Of a DNA stretch of 64,000 nucleotides, positions 29,691 to 39,561 are shown in pieces. Origin of the DNA: a virus; IMG/VR virus record IMGVR_UViG_3300047359_000671, positions 27,310-91,309 of that record; one strand, given 5' to 3'. Position 1 is the stretch's first letter; each line of letters starts with the position of its first letter. A program made the position numbers and the translations under genes. Below the pieces are notes generated by a model, which saw only the letters and a program-made list of their open reading frames with translations, searched no databases and was not told the DNA's origin.

Positions 29691-31748
29691 ATGGCAGACA
29701 CACAAGATGTATATATTTCTGGTTATGACCCCAATTTACCAGACTGGGCGCTCGAAGCCACACAAAAACAGATAGCATCAGCACTTACGTTAGCCAATGT
29801 GGGCTCTACAAACATGCTTAAATTTCTTAAAGCAATATCTAATAATGAACAGATTTCGGTATCAGAACTTACCAAAGCAGTCAACGAACTAAAACAAGTA
29901 AAAGGTAAGATTGATGAAGGTACAAAACAAGAACAGAGGTCGTCACAACAAGAGGCAGCCCAAGATAGAAAAACAAATTCGTTCTTTGAGCGTCTAGTTA
30001 ATTTACAAACTAAACAAAATAATTTAGAAAAACAACTACTAGATGAAACTAAGAAGAAACAAGCAGAACGACAGATACGTGGCGGTTTCACAGACGAAGA
30101 CTTACAGACACAAGAGTCTATGGACAAGTTAAAAAACCTAGGTAAGGGATTCAAAGCAGTAGCATCTGCATCAGCAGTAGCATCAGCAGGAATTGAATCT
30201 GCATTTAGGCAAGGTTTTATGGACAGATTTGATATGGCACAAGAAATGCGACAATCTGGATTGTTGGCAGGGCTAGATTCTGCTTCTGCTGGATTATTGA
30301 ATATGTCAGAAACAATTACAGATGCTAACTTTACTTTTGGTGAAGCCGCAGAATTCACAAAAAGATTTTCACAAGCAGTAGGTGTAACTGGGGTGCAGAG
30401 TGCGTTGCAGTTTGCAGACTCTATAGCAACAGGTGATGACGGGATGATGGCGAAACTAGGTATAGAGTTTGGCCAAGTTGCAAATATGACAGGCATGTAT
30501 TTAGAGTCATTAAGAATTGCAGGTCAATTGAACGGTCGTTCTGACCAACAACTGCGTTCTGGTATGGATGACTTTATGAATAATGTAGTTAGCACAGCAA
30601 ACGTATTAAAAGTTTCAGTTGAAGAGGCCGCAGAAATGATGATGAAAACGTTGGATACATCAGATACTGGTTTATTAGCAACTATGAATCAAGACCAAGC
30701 CGCAACGATTGAAAATGCACTAAGGTCTTTCGGTTCGCAAGGTGGACCTTTGATGGAAGCACTTTCTGCCAGATTGACAGCAGGTGACCAAGGAACATTC
30801 TTAAGAACAGAACAGTTTCAAGGATTACAAGGTACTGCATTAGGTCAAGAAATGTTACCATTTATTGAACAGATGGCACGTGTAGTTGAAGAAGGTGGAG
30901 ATTTTCAAGGGTTCTTATCTAACAATATGGGGGATATGGCAGAGCGTGTTAGAGATTTGGCGTCACAAGCGGGTGTACGAGAACAACTTGTGGATGACCC
31001 ACAATTAGCATCATTAGTCGGTGCGCTAATGCAACAAGCACAAAATATCGAAGATGCGGCAAAAGGAATGCCACAGTTAGATGAAGCAGGTAGAACTGGT
31101 CTTGTTAAGACAGAGTTAGATAGACAGGCTATCATTGCATCAGAAGATGTTGTAAACGAAAGTATGGGCGACTTTGTAGGAAATATGCAAATATTGAATA
31201 CGACACAAGCAGAATTAATAGAACAAGCACGTAAATCATTTAAAAATATATCAGGAATAACTGACATTGTTAATAACGTAGGAACTGCCCTAACCGTATT
31301 GACTAGAGTTGCAACTGAATTTGGTCTTTCACTTATAGACCTAGGAATTAATTCTGACCGATATGACGGGTTAGAAGATGCGATGAAATTACAAGATATA
31401 CAGAATAATCTAAATGGAAATGAAACACCTTCTGATAGAACTAATGTACAATCTATAGTAGATGTACAAAATGCGGCAGTTGAGTTGAGTGCTAAAGTAG
31501 ATGCACCACAAACACATGAAGCAGTGTTTAATACATTAGCAGAACAATTGCGCAATTCTAATGTTACGTCTGAAGAACAATTAACACAACTCATTGACCT
31601 ATTAAAACAAAATCAAGCAAATGCAGAAACAAGAATGAATGCTTCGCCAATAGGTTCGGATGAAAGACAAATAGAAATGCAAAATAACAATGAATATAAT
31701 CAATTAATATCATCTATTAATGACCTTCTAACGGAATTGAGACAATAA
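29691..31748 (+). CDS. Probable tail tape measure protein
   Basis: ~685 aa, helical, Ala/Gln/Met-rich; P.WA.E.T N-terminus; divergent from the chaperone pair. Confidence 0.65.
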   Translation: MADTQDVYISGYDPNLPDWALEATQKQIASALTLANVGSTNMLKFLKAISNNEQISVSELTKAVNELKQVKGKIDEGTKQEQRSSQQEAAQDRKTNSFFERLVNLQTKQNNLEKQLLDETKKKQAERQIRGGFTDEDLQTQESMDKLKNLGKGFKAVASASAVASAGIESAFRQGFMDRFDMAQEMRQSGLLAGLDSASAGLLNMSETITDANFTFGEAAEFTKRFSQAVGVTGVQSALQFADSIATGDDGMMAKLGIEFGQVANMTGMYLESLRIAGQLNGRSDQQLRSGMDDFMNNVVSTANVLKVSVEEAAEMMMKTLDTSDTGLLATMNQDQAATIENALRSFGSQGGPLMEALSARLTAGDQGTFLRTEQFQGLQGTALGQEMLPFIEQMARVVEEGGDFQGFLSNNMGDMAERVRDLASQAGVREQLVDDPQLASLVGALMQQAQNIEDAAKGMPQLDEAGRTGLVKTELDRQAIIASEDVVNESMGDFVGNMQILNTTQAELIEQARKSFKNISGITDIVNNVGTALTVLTRVATEFGLSLIDLGINSDRYDGLEDAMKLQDIQNNLNGNETPSDRTNVQSIVDVQNAAVELSAKVDAPQTHEAVFNTLAEQLRNSNVTSEEQLTQLIDLLKQNQANAETRMNASPIGSDERQIEMQNNNEYNQLISSINDLLTELRQ

Positions 31749-31760
31749 ACAAAATAAAGG

Positions 31761-31790
31761 TTGACATATACGATATAAATATGTTAATAT
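31761..31790 (+). promoter_or_regulatory. Sigma70 promoter with embedded late box TATAAATA
   Basis: TTGACA at 31761; TATAAATA at 31774-31781; TGTTAATAT at 31782-31790. Confidence 0.65.
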
Positions 31791-31810
31791 AGAGAAATCG
31801 GGAAATAATT

Positions 31811-33496
31811 ATGACTTGGAAAAAATATTTTAAAACTTATGACGGGATGCCTGAGCGTTCTAAATCATCTACCTCTGGTGGTGGTGATGCTTCTAGTAAG
31901 AAGTATAGTAGTTGGCTACCTGAAGTTTATCAAGGGCAACCGAACAGAGTACAGCGTTATGGTCAATATGACCAGATGGATATGGACTCAGAAGTAAATG
32001 CGGCTTTAGATACTATTGCTGAATTCTCTACGCTATTCAATGAAACATCGAAACTAGCATTCCAAGTCGAGTTTAACGAAGACCCATCATTTACTGAAAA
32101 TGAAATCATTCAAAAATCACTAAGACAGTGGTCAAATATGAATGAAATGAGTAAGCGTGTGTTTAGAATATTTAGAAACACAATTAAATATGGTGACCAA
32201 ATCTTTATTCGTGACCCAGAAACATATAAATTATATTGGGTTAACCCAGTTAAAATTGATAAGGTCGTTGTCAACGAAGGCAAAGGTAAGAAAGTAGAAG
32301 CATATTATATTAAAGATTTAGACCTCAACTTACAGAGTTTGAATATTACGGCTGACAGTACTAAATTAGCACAGACCGGCGCTGGTGCAATGGGAATCCC
32401 AACACATAATGCTAGTACTACTCAAGGGTATACTGGTGGGACAGCGGGTGGTTCACGTTTTGCAACAGATGAGACATCAACTCCAGTTGACGCAAAACAC
32501 GTAGTTCATATCTCATTAAGTGAAGGTATCGACAGTTATTGGCCATTCGGCACAAGTATACTTGAACCAGTATTTAAAGTATACAAACAAAAAGAATTAT
32601 TAGAAGATAGTATTATTATCTATCGTGTACAACGTGCACCAGAACGTAGAGTATTTTATATTGATGTTGGTGATATGCCAACTCATAAAGCACGCCAGCA
32701 CTTAGAACGCATTAAGAGTGATATTCATCAAAGACGTATTCCATCTAAAACAGGTGGTGGACAAAATGTTACAGATAGTGCATATAATCCACTATCAATA
32801 ATGGAAGATTATTTCTTTGCACAAACGGCTGAAGGTCGTGGCTCTAAGGTTGAAACATTACCTGGTGGTGAAAACTTAGGTCAAATTGATGACTTAAAAT
32901 ATTTTAACGACAAACTATTACGAGGATTGCGTGTCCCACCTAGTTATTTAGGTGGTATTGATACTGGTGGTTCTGCGTTTAATGATGGTAGAACAGGTAC
33001 TGCAATGATACAAGAGTTTAGATTTACTAAATTCTGTGAAAGATTACAGCAACTTATTATTGAAGAAATTGACCGTGAATTTAAGATGTTTATAAAACAT
33101 CGTGGTGTTATGATTGAAAGTAGTACGTTTGACTTGAAGTTCAATGTAGTTCAGAACTTCGGTAAGTTCCGTCAAGCAGAAGTAGACCAAGTTGCAATGA
33201 ACGTATTCACTGGTATTGAAGGCGCAGATTACATTAGTAAGCGTTTTGCATTGAAACGTTTCTTAGGATTGTCAGATGAAGAAGTATTAGAGAATGAAAT
33301 GTTATGGAAAGAAGAACATGATGTTGAAGACCCTCTAGCACAAAACCCTGATGGGTTGAAAGGTGTAGGCGCAAGTCCTGGTCCTGATATGGACATGGGC
33401 GGTGATGACTTCGATTTAGATGATGCAGAAGGCGATATTGAAGACGGTTCTCCAATATCAGGTGCGGAAAACGCCGAAACGGACGAAGAAGTATAA
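31811..33496 (+). CDS. gp20: Portal protein
   Basis: LLEDSIIIYRVQRAPERRVFYIDVG, EDYFF, GRGSKVETLPGG. Confidence 0.97.
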   Translation: MTWKKYFKTYDGMPERSKSSTSGGGDASSKKYSSWLPEVYQGQPNRVQRYGQYDQMDMDSEVNAALDTIAEFSTLFNETSKLAFQVEFNEDPSFTENEIIQKSLRQWSNMNEMSKRVFRIFRNTIKYGDQIFIRDPETYKLYWVNPVKIDKVVVNEGKGKKVEAYYIKDLDLNLQSLNITADSTKLAQTGAGAMGIPTHNASTTQGYTGGTAGGSRFATDETSTPVDAKHVVHISLSEGIDSYWPFGTSILEPVFKVYKQKELLEDSIIIYRVQRAPERRVFYIDVGDMPTHKARQHLERIKSDIHQRRIPSKTGGGQNVTDSAYNPLSIMEDYFFAQTAEGRGSKVETLPGGENLGQIDDLKYFNDKLLRGLRVPPSYLGGIDTGGSAFNDGRTGTAMIQEFRFTKFCERLQQLIIEEIDREFKMFIKHRGVMIESSTFDLKFNVVQNFGKFRQAEVDQVAMNVFTGIEGADYISKRFALKRFLGLSDEEVLENEMLWKEEHDVEDPLAQNPDGLKGVGASPGPDMDMGGDDFDLDDAEGDIEDGSPISGAENAETDEEV

Positions 33497-33504
33497 ATAG
33501 TAGT

Positions 33505-33726
33505 ATGAGATATACTGATTTAAAAGAAAACTACTCACCCGAAGACGATGAGTTTACAAATACTAATTTAGACGATACTCGTAAGATTCGCCTAACACTT
33601 GAACACCTCTCTAAGTTAAGAAAAATTAGAGAATACAGGAAATATCAAAAAGGTATTGAAGCAGTACAAGTAAAACAACAATATGGTGCAAGTGGCGGAG
33701 ACGATTCTGGAGCCGTAGAACTTTAA
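33505..33726 (+). CDS. Conserved small head-module protein
   Basis: DTRK.RLTL.HL.KLRK.R; TATAAATA at 33492-33499 just upstream. Confidence 0.7.
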   Translation: MRYTDLKENYSPEDDEFTNTNLDDTRKIRLTLEHLSKLRKIREYRKYQKGIEAVQVKQQYGASGGDDSGAVEL

Positions 33727-33928
33727 TTAAGTAGTATGTTTATGACATACAAAAATCACTAAATATCTTTTGAACCAAACAAAAGCGTCAAAAAACAGCC
33801 GTTTTTTGATATTTCCCTTATATACACACATTATCCCTATAAATACTTTTGAAACAAAGTAAAACGTTTCTATAACCTTGCCGCAATCTTAAGTGGCTAG
33901 ACCAGAATAGATTTTAAGGAGACTTATA

Positions 33929-34774
33929 ATGTCAAGAAGTACACTAGAACAAGTGCTAGAATTGTTAATCAACGAAGAAAATGGCAAAGCAGAAGAATTG
34001 CTACATGACTTTGTTGTTGAACAAGCACGACAAATCCATGAGGCTTCTCTAAACGAAAGCGATAACGTTGTAGAAGAAGAACTTGAGGAAATCGAAGAAG
34101 CATCAGAAGAAGTTGAAGAAGGTTTTGATTTAGAATCAGAATCCGATGAAATTGAGGCAGATGCAGATGAGATTGAAAACGAAGAAATTTATGACGAAGA
34201 CGACATGGAAGACGATGAAGCAGTTGATGACCTAGAAATGGGTGACGATGCTCCAGAAGGCGACATGGAAGACCGTGTAGATGATTTAGAATCAGCACTT
34301 GCTGATTTAGAAGCAGAATTTGAAAAAATTATGTCAGGTGAAGAAGACGACATGGAAGACGAAGGCGAAGAAGCCGACGCTGAAATGGAAGAATCACTAG
34401 AACTAGACCTTGAAGAAGCAGAAGAAGTGGAAGAAGACCTAGAAGAAAGTGACGAAACAGAAACCGATTTAGAAGAGTCAGAAGAAGACGAACAGTTAGA
34501 CGAGTATGTAACTCCAGTAACTGCTTCAACTGGTGACAACGGTGATGCATCAGCAAAAACAACTGTTAATGCAAACCCAAAGAGACCAGGTGACGATTCA
34601 AACGCAAAACCAGTAGGCCAAAACGATGGTAACACATCAGGCGGCAAAGGTGATGCACCAAAAGATATGTCAACAGGTAATGTGAACACATCAGGTAATA
34701 AAGCACCTAAGATGTCAACACAAACAGCAAAACCTGGTGATGATGGTGTAAATAAAAAAGCAATTACATCATAA
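33929..34774 (+). CDS. Acidic prohead core protein (gp67/gp68-like position)
   Basis: Extremely Asp/Glu-rich, many L-x-E protease-type sites; between portal and protease; late box at 33838-33845. Confidence 0.7.
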   Translation: MSRSTLEQVLELLINEENGKAEELLHDFVVEQARQIHEASLNESDNVVEEELEEIEEASEEVEEGFDLESESDEIEADADEIENEEIYDEDDMEDDEAVDDLEMGDDAPEGDMEDRVDDLESALADLEAEFEKIMSGEEDDMEDEGEEADAEMEESLELDLEEAEEVEEDLEESDETETDLEESEEDEQLDEYVTPVTASTGDNGDASAKTTVNANPKRPGDDSNAKPVGQNDGNTSGGKGDAPKDMSTGNVNTSGNKAPKMSTQTAKPGDDGVNKKAITS

Positions 34775-34798
34775 GACTATAAACCTTAGGAGTAACCA

Positions 34799-35428
34799 AT
34801 GACCGTTCTTATTGAAAGATTATCACACAATCAAGCGAATGTACAAGCACGTATCGTTGAGAGTGAGAATGGTGAAAAGAGTATGTTCATGGAAGGCATT
34901 TTCGTCCAAGGCGGCGTTAAAAATGCTAACCAAAGAGTATACCCGGTGAAAGAGATAGCGAATGCAGTGGAGAAAGTTCAGCATAAAATTGCTGAAGGTT
35001 ACCCAGTGCTTGGCGAATGCGACCACCCACCAGAATTGACAGTCAACGTTGACCGTGTTTCACATATTATTGAGAATATGTGGATGGATGGTCCAAACGG
35101 CTTTGGTAAACTTAAAGTTGTTCCTACACCCATGGGTAACATCATTAGAACACTAATCGAATCAGGCGCTACATTAGGTGTCTCATCTCGTGGTTCTGGT
35201 GAAGTTGACAACAGTGGTAACGTGAGTAATTTTGAGATTGTCACAGTTGACATCGTGGCGCAACCAAGCGCCCCGGACGCATATCCAAAGGCGATTTACG
35301 AAGGATTAATGAACATGCGTGGTGGTTTCCAAACATGGCAATTAGCACAAGATGTTCAACAAGATAAGAATGCTCAAAAATTCTTATCAAACGAAATAGT
35401 TAAGTTCATTAGAGAACTCAAACTTTAA
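34799..35428 (+). CDS. gp21: Prohead core protease
   Basis: N.NQRVYP, GECDHP, GVSSRGSG, DIVAQPSAPDA. Confidence 0.95.
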   Translation: MTVLIERLSHNQANVQARIVESENGEKSMFMEGIFVQGGVKNANQRVYPVKEIANAVEKVQHKIAEGYPVLGECDHPPELTVNVDRVSHIIENMWMDGPNGFGKLKVVPTPMGNIIRTLIESGATLGVSSRGSGEVDNSGNVSNFEIVTVDIVAQPSAPDAYPKAIYEGLMNMRGGFQTWQLAQDVQQDKNAQKFLSNEIVKFIRELKL

Positions 35429-35442
35429 TAGGAGAACCAACA

Positions 35443-36561
35443 ATGGCACAAAACGAAATCCTTGCTGGTCTTCTTGAGTCAGGTATACTAGACGAAAATG
35501 CTAGTACTCAAATATCTGAGGCTTGGGAAGCACAAATAAATGAAGCAAGAGAGGAGATTACAGCCGAACTGCGTGAGGAATTCGCTCAAAAGTTTGAACA
35601 CGACAAATCAGTAATCGTTGAAGCAATGGATACAATGCTTACTTCAACAATAACTACTGAAATGGAAGAGTTTAAAAAAGACCGCGAAGACTTGATTGCA
35701 GAACGTGTTGCATATAAGAAAGCAATTTCTGAACATGCAAAACTCCTTGAAAAATTCATTACTTCTCAGTTAGCAACCGAAGTTAAGGAACTACGTGACG
35801 ACCGTGCGAAAGTTAGCGAAAATTTAGAAAAAACTAAAGCATTCGTTGTTAAACAACTTTCACGTGAACTTGCAGAATTCCATGATGACAAACGTGATTT
35901 AGTAGAAACTAAAGTACGTATGGTAGCAGAAGGTAAAGAACTTCTTAAGAAAACTAAAGAAGCCTTTATCAAACGTTCTGCTGAATTAGTTGAATCAACA
36001 ATTGATAAAGCACTACGTTCAGAACTGGCTGTTCTTAAAGAGGACATTCAAGCGGCTAAAGAAAACGAATTTGGTCGTAAGATTTTTGAAACATTTGCAG
36101 GCGAATTCATGTCTTCACAAATAAATGAAGGCACTGAAGTAGCGAAAATGAACAAAAAGTTAGACGAGTCTGCTCAGAAAGTTGCAGAACTAGAAGCAGT
36201 GATTACAGAGAAGGAAGAAACTATTACTAATGCTCAAAAGGCAGAGCGTGTACTACAAGACCGTATGAACCGTAAGGACGTACTAGAAGGTCTTTTAGCA
36301 CCACTAGGCAAAGAAAAGCGTGATGTAATGGTGGACTTGCTGGAATCAGTAAAAACTTCAAACCTTAAAACTGCATTTAAAAAATATCTACCAGCAGTTT
36401 TAAATGAAACCGTTTCAACGAAAGAAGAAACACAAACGTTAACAGAAGGCAAAGTGACTGAACACACTGGTAACCGCGAAGTTGAAGCAACTTCAACGTC
36501 CGAGAGTCAGAGTGGCGATGCCAATATAATCCAGTTAAAGAAATTAGCCGGATTGAATTAA
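35443..36561 (+). CDS. gp22: Prohead scaffolding protein
   Basis: Coiled coil; GRKIFE.F..EF motif; between gp21 and gp23. Confidence 0.85.
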   Translation: MAQNEILAGLLESGILDENASTQISEAWEAQINEAREEITAELREEFAQKFEHDKSVIVEAMDTMLTSTITTEMEEFKKDREDLIAERVAYKKAISEHAKLLEKFITSQLATEVKELRDDRAKVSENLEKTKAFVVKQLSRELAEFHDDKRDLVETKVRMVAEGKELLKKTKEAFIKRSAELVESTIDKALRSELAVLKEDIQAAKENEFGRKIFETFAGEFMSSQINEGTEVAKMNKKLDESAQKVAELEAVITEKEETITNAQKAERVLQDRMNRKDVLEGLLAPLGKEKRDVMVDLLESVKTSNLKTAFKKYLPAVLNETVSTKEETQTLTEGKVTEHTGNREVEATSTSESQSGDANIIQLKKLAGLN

Positions 36562-36586
36562 TTAACCAGATACAGGAGATAAAAAG

Positions 36587-37750
36587 ATGGAAAATCTTTT
36601 TGAAGGAAATAACTGGGACACAACACGTGAAACACTTTTAGAAGGTCTAGAAGGTAACAAGCGTGACGTAATGTCATCAGTTTTAGAAAACACAAAAGTA
36701 GCACTTAACGAAAGTGCGACAGCAGGTGCATCACAGGCTGGTAATATCGCTACATTAAACAAAGTGATTCTTCCAGTAATTAGACGTGTTATGCCTACTG
36801 TTATTGCTAACGAAATCATCGGTGTTCAACCAATGACTGGCCCAGTAGGTCAAATTCACACACTACGTGTGCGTTATGCAGACTCAGCCAACGGCGCAAC
36901 AGCAGGTGCAGAAGCACTAAGCCCATTTGATATTGCGAAAGCATACTCAGGTGCAGCCGGCGGTACAGCGGATTCAACAGCATCATTAGAAGGTGAAGCA
37001 GGCAACAGAATGTCTATTCAAGTTCTTAAGCAAACAGTTGAAGCGAAAACTCGTAAGTTATCAGCACGTTGGACATTCGAAGCGGCACAAGATGCTAATT
37101 CAATGCACGGCCTAGATATCGAAGCGGAAATCATGGCGGCTCTAGCAATGGAAATCACTGCTGAAATCGACCAAGAAGTACTAGGCTCACTAGAAAATCT
37201 AGCGACTCAAGGCGCTTCATTCGACATGTCAGGTTCATTCACTGGTACACCAACATTCGTAGGTGACAAGCATGCCGTACTAGCAACACTAATCAACCAA
37301 CAAGCAAACCTAGTTGCGCAACGTACTCGTAGAGGCGCGGCAAACTGGGCAGTTGTTTCTCCAGCGGCACTAACAGTTCTACAATCTGCAACTACATCAG
37401 CATTTGCACGTACAACTGAAGGTACTTTTGAAGCACCAACTAATACTAAGTTTGTAGGTACACTTAACGGTACAATGAGAATTTACGTCAACACATATGC
37501 TGGTGACGATGCTCCAGTACTATTAGGTTATAAAGGTCAAGGCGAGATTGACGCGGCGGCATTCTATTGCCCATACGTTCCACTAATGTCTTCAGGCGTT
37601 GTGGTTGACCCAGCATCATTTGAACCAGTAGTTTCATTCATGACTCGTTATGGTTATGTTGAACTAACAAACACTGCATCATCACTAGGTAATGCGGCGG
37701 ACTACGTTTCAAAAATTGCTATTCCAAACGGTACACTATCATTCACATAA
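36587..37750 (+). CDS. gp23: Major capsid protein
   Basis: GVQPMTGPVGQI, VEAKTRKLSARWTFEAAQD, FYCPYVPL, MTRYG. Confidence 0.98.
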   Translation: MENLFEGNNWDTTRETLLEGLEGNKRDVMSSVLENTKVALNESATAGASQAGNIATLNKVILPVIRRVMPTVIANEIIGVQPMTGPVGQIHTLRVRYADSANGATAGAEALSPFDIAKAYSGAAGGTADSTASLEGEAGNRMSIQVLKQTVEAKTRKLSARWTFEAAQDANSMHGLDIEAEIMAALAMEITAEIDQEVLGSLENLATQGASFDMSGSFTGTPTFVGDKHAVLATLINQQANLVAQRTRRGAANWAVVSPAALTVLQSATTSAFARTTEGTFEAPTNTKFVGTLNGTMRIYVNTYAGDDAPVLLGYKGQGEIDAAAFYCPYVPLMSSGVVVDPASFEPVVSFMTRYGYVELTNTASSLGNAADYVSKIAIPNGTLSFT

Positions 37751-37772
37751 TTTTATAATTATTTTTGATAAT

Positions 37773-37801
37773 AAAAACCCGGCATTTATGTCGGGTTTTT
37801 T
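37773..37801 (+). terminator. Rho-independent terminator after gp23
   Basis: AAAAACCCGGCAT-T-ATGTCGGGTTTTTT inverted repeat. Confidence 0.85.
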
Positions 37802-37884
37802 AACCTCTACTATTCCTGTTAAACAGATAAATAGACTATAGTACACAATAAAATCTAAGCAAACTTAGTAATTGGAAGAATAAC

Positions 37885-39561
37885 ATGGCAGAACAGATTA
37901 AATTCGGTGACAGATTATTCCTTAAAGGCGAGAAAGTATTACTTGACAATGGAGTCAGTGATGCTATTATCGAGTCGAGAAACGGCACTTTAGTAATTAA
38001 GGGTAATCTAACAGTAGACGGCACCACAACAACCGTCAATACAGAAGAAATTACATTAGCAGACGCACATATCTTGCTCAATGGCAACCATACAGGAACA
38101 GCATCAGAAGATGTTGGTATTGAAGTTAATAGAGGCACAGATGATAACGTTAAGTTCTCATGGAAAGAAGATGTTGATAAGTGGACTTTATATGATAAAG
38201 ACTTAACAACTTCTGGAACAGTGAGTGCTGTGTTTGTCGGAGATATAACTGGTAATATTACATCTACTGGTACATCTACTTTTTCAAATATAGATATAAA
38301 TGGTGGAACTATTGATGGTACAGTAATAGGAGCAACTACTTCTGCCGTAGGAACTTTTACTACTATAACTGGTGACGGAACCGCAATCACTAACGTTCTT
38401 ACAAATTATACAACTACAGATTTGGCAGAAGGCACAAACTTATATTATACAGATGAGAGAGTTGATGATAGAATTGATAATTTCTTTGATGCATCATACG
38501 GTCTAACAGCAACATATAATGATTCTGCAAACACATACACATTAGACTTTGACCCAATAAATGCTGGAACAGGAGTTGCAGTTTTAGATACAACAGATAC
38601 TACACAAGCAAAATTTAGGACAGTAAAAGCAGGCCCAAATGGCGATTTGGCAGTCACACTTGACGGTGACCATCTTGTAGTAGACACATCAGTTAAACTT
38701 AACATCTTAGAGAAATTTAGCGCAACTGGTACTGGTTCTGTTAGTGTTTATACTTTGCCATTTAATGTTTCACAAGATTGGCATATAGAAGTTTTCATTG
38801 ACGGAGTATTTCAGGTACCTTCAGTTGCGTATTCAGTTACAACCGGAACTACACTAACATTAACATCACCGTTAGCGTTAAATTCGGTTATGTATGTTTT
38901 GAAACTAGCAACAAATAGTGTTAGTACAAGTATCACAAATGCAGATACTTTAGGTGGACAACTTCCAAGTTTTTACACTAACCCAACAGCAGTTAGTACA
39001 TTCACAAATGATGCAGGTTATATAACGTCTTCTGCAATACCAACAAATCATATGGTAAATGACGCAGATAACACGACAACTGGTAGTATTTTTGTTACTA
39101 CAGATAATACACAAGATTTAGGTACATCATCAAATAAGTGGAGAGCAATATACGGACATCAAGTAGAAGCAACATTTGCCGACTTGGCAGAACGCTATGC
39201 CGCAGATGCCCCATATGATGTAGGTACTGTTTTAGTATTCGGCGGCGAGGCAGAAATCACGTCAACTACAGAATATAATGATAGTAGAGTGGTCGGTGTA
39301 GTTTCGACAGCACCTGCATATTTAATGAACGCAGAAGTGGGAAATTCACAGACACACCCAGCAATCGCATTAAAAGGAAGAGTACCGTGTAAAGTAATCG
39401 GTCAATGTAAGAAAGGAGACTTACTTACTACTTCCCAACTAGAAGGACATGCTACTGCGGTTTATGGTCAACCAGTTACTGGTTCAGTTATCGGTAAAGC
39501 AATGGAAGATAAAACTACATTCGAAGCAGGAATGATAGAGATATTTGTGAGTATGATGTAA
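37885..39561 (+). CDS. Fibre protein 1 with C-terminal peptidase G2/intramolecular-chaperone-like domain
   Basis: G.LTV.GTTTTVN repeat, DLAEG.NLYYT repeat, ADLAERY...ALKGRVPCKV C-domain; late box at 37826. Confidence 0.7.
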   Translation: MAEQIKFGDRLFLKGEKVLLDNGVSDAIIESRNGTLVIKGNLTVDGTTTTVNTEEITLADAHILLNGNHTGTASEDVGIEVNRGTDDNVKFSWKEDVDKWTLYDKDLTTSGTVSAVFVGDITGNITSTGTSTFSNIDINGGTIDGTVIGATTSAVGTFTTITGDGTAITNVLTNYTTTDLAEGTNLYYTDERVDDRIDNFFDASYGLTATYNDSANTYTLDFDPINAGTGVAVLDTTDTTQAKFRTVKAGPNGDLAVTLDGDHLVVDTSVKLNILEKFSATGTGSVSVYTLPFNVSQDWHIEVFIDGVFQVPSVAYSVTTGTTLTLTSPLALNSVMYVLKLATNSVSTSITNADTLGGQLPSFYTNPTAVSTFTNDAGYITSSAIPTNHMVNDADNTTTGSIFVTTDNTQDLGTSSNKWRAIYGHQVEATFADLAERYAADAPYDVGTVLVFGGEAEITSTTEYNDSRVVGVVSTAPAYLMNAEVGNSQTHPAIALKGRVPCKVIGQCKKGDLLTTSQLEGHATAVYGQPVTGSVIGKAMEDKTTFEAGMIEIFVSMM

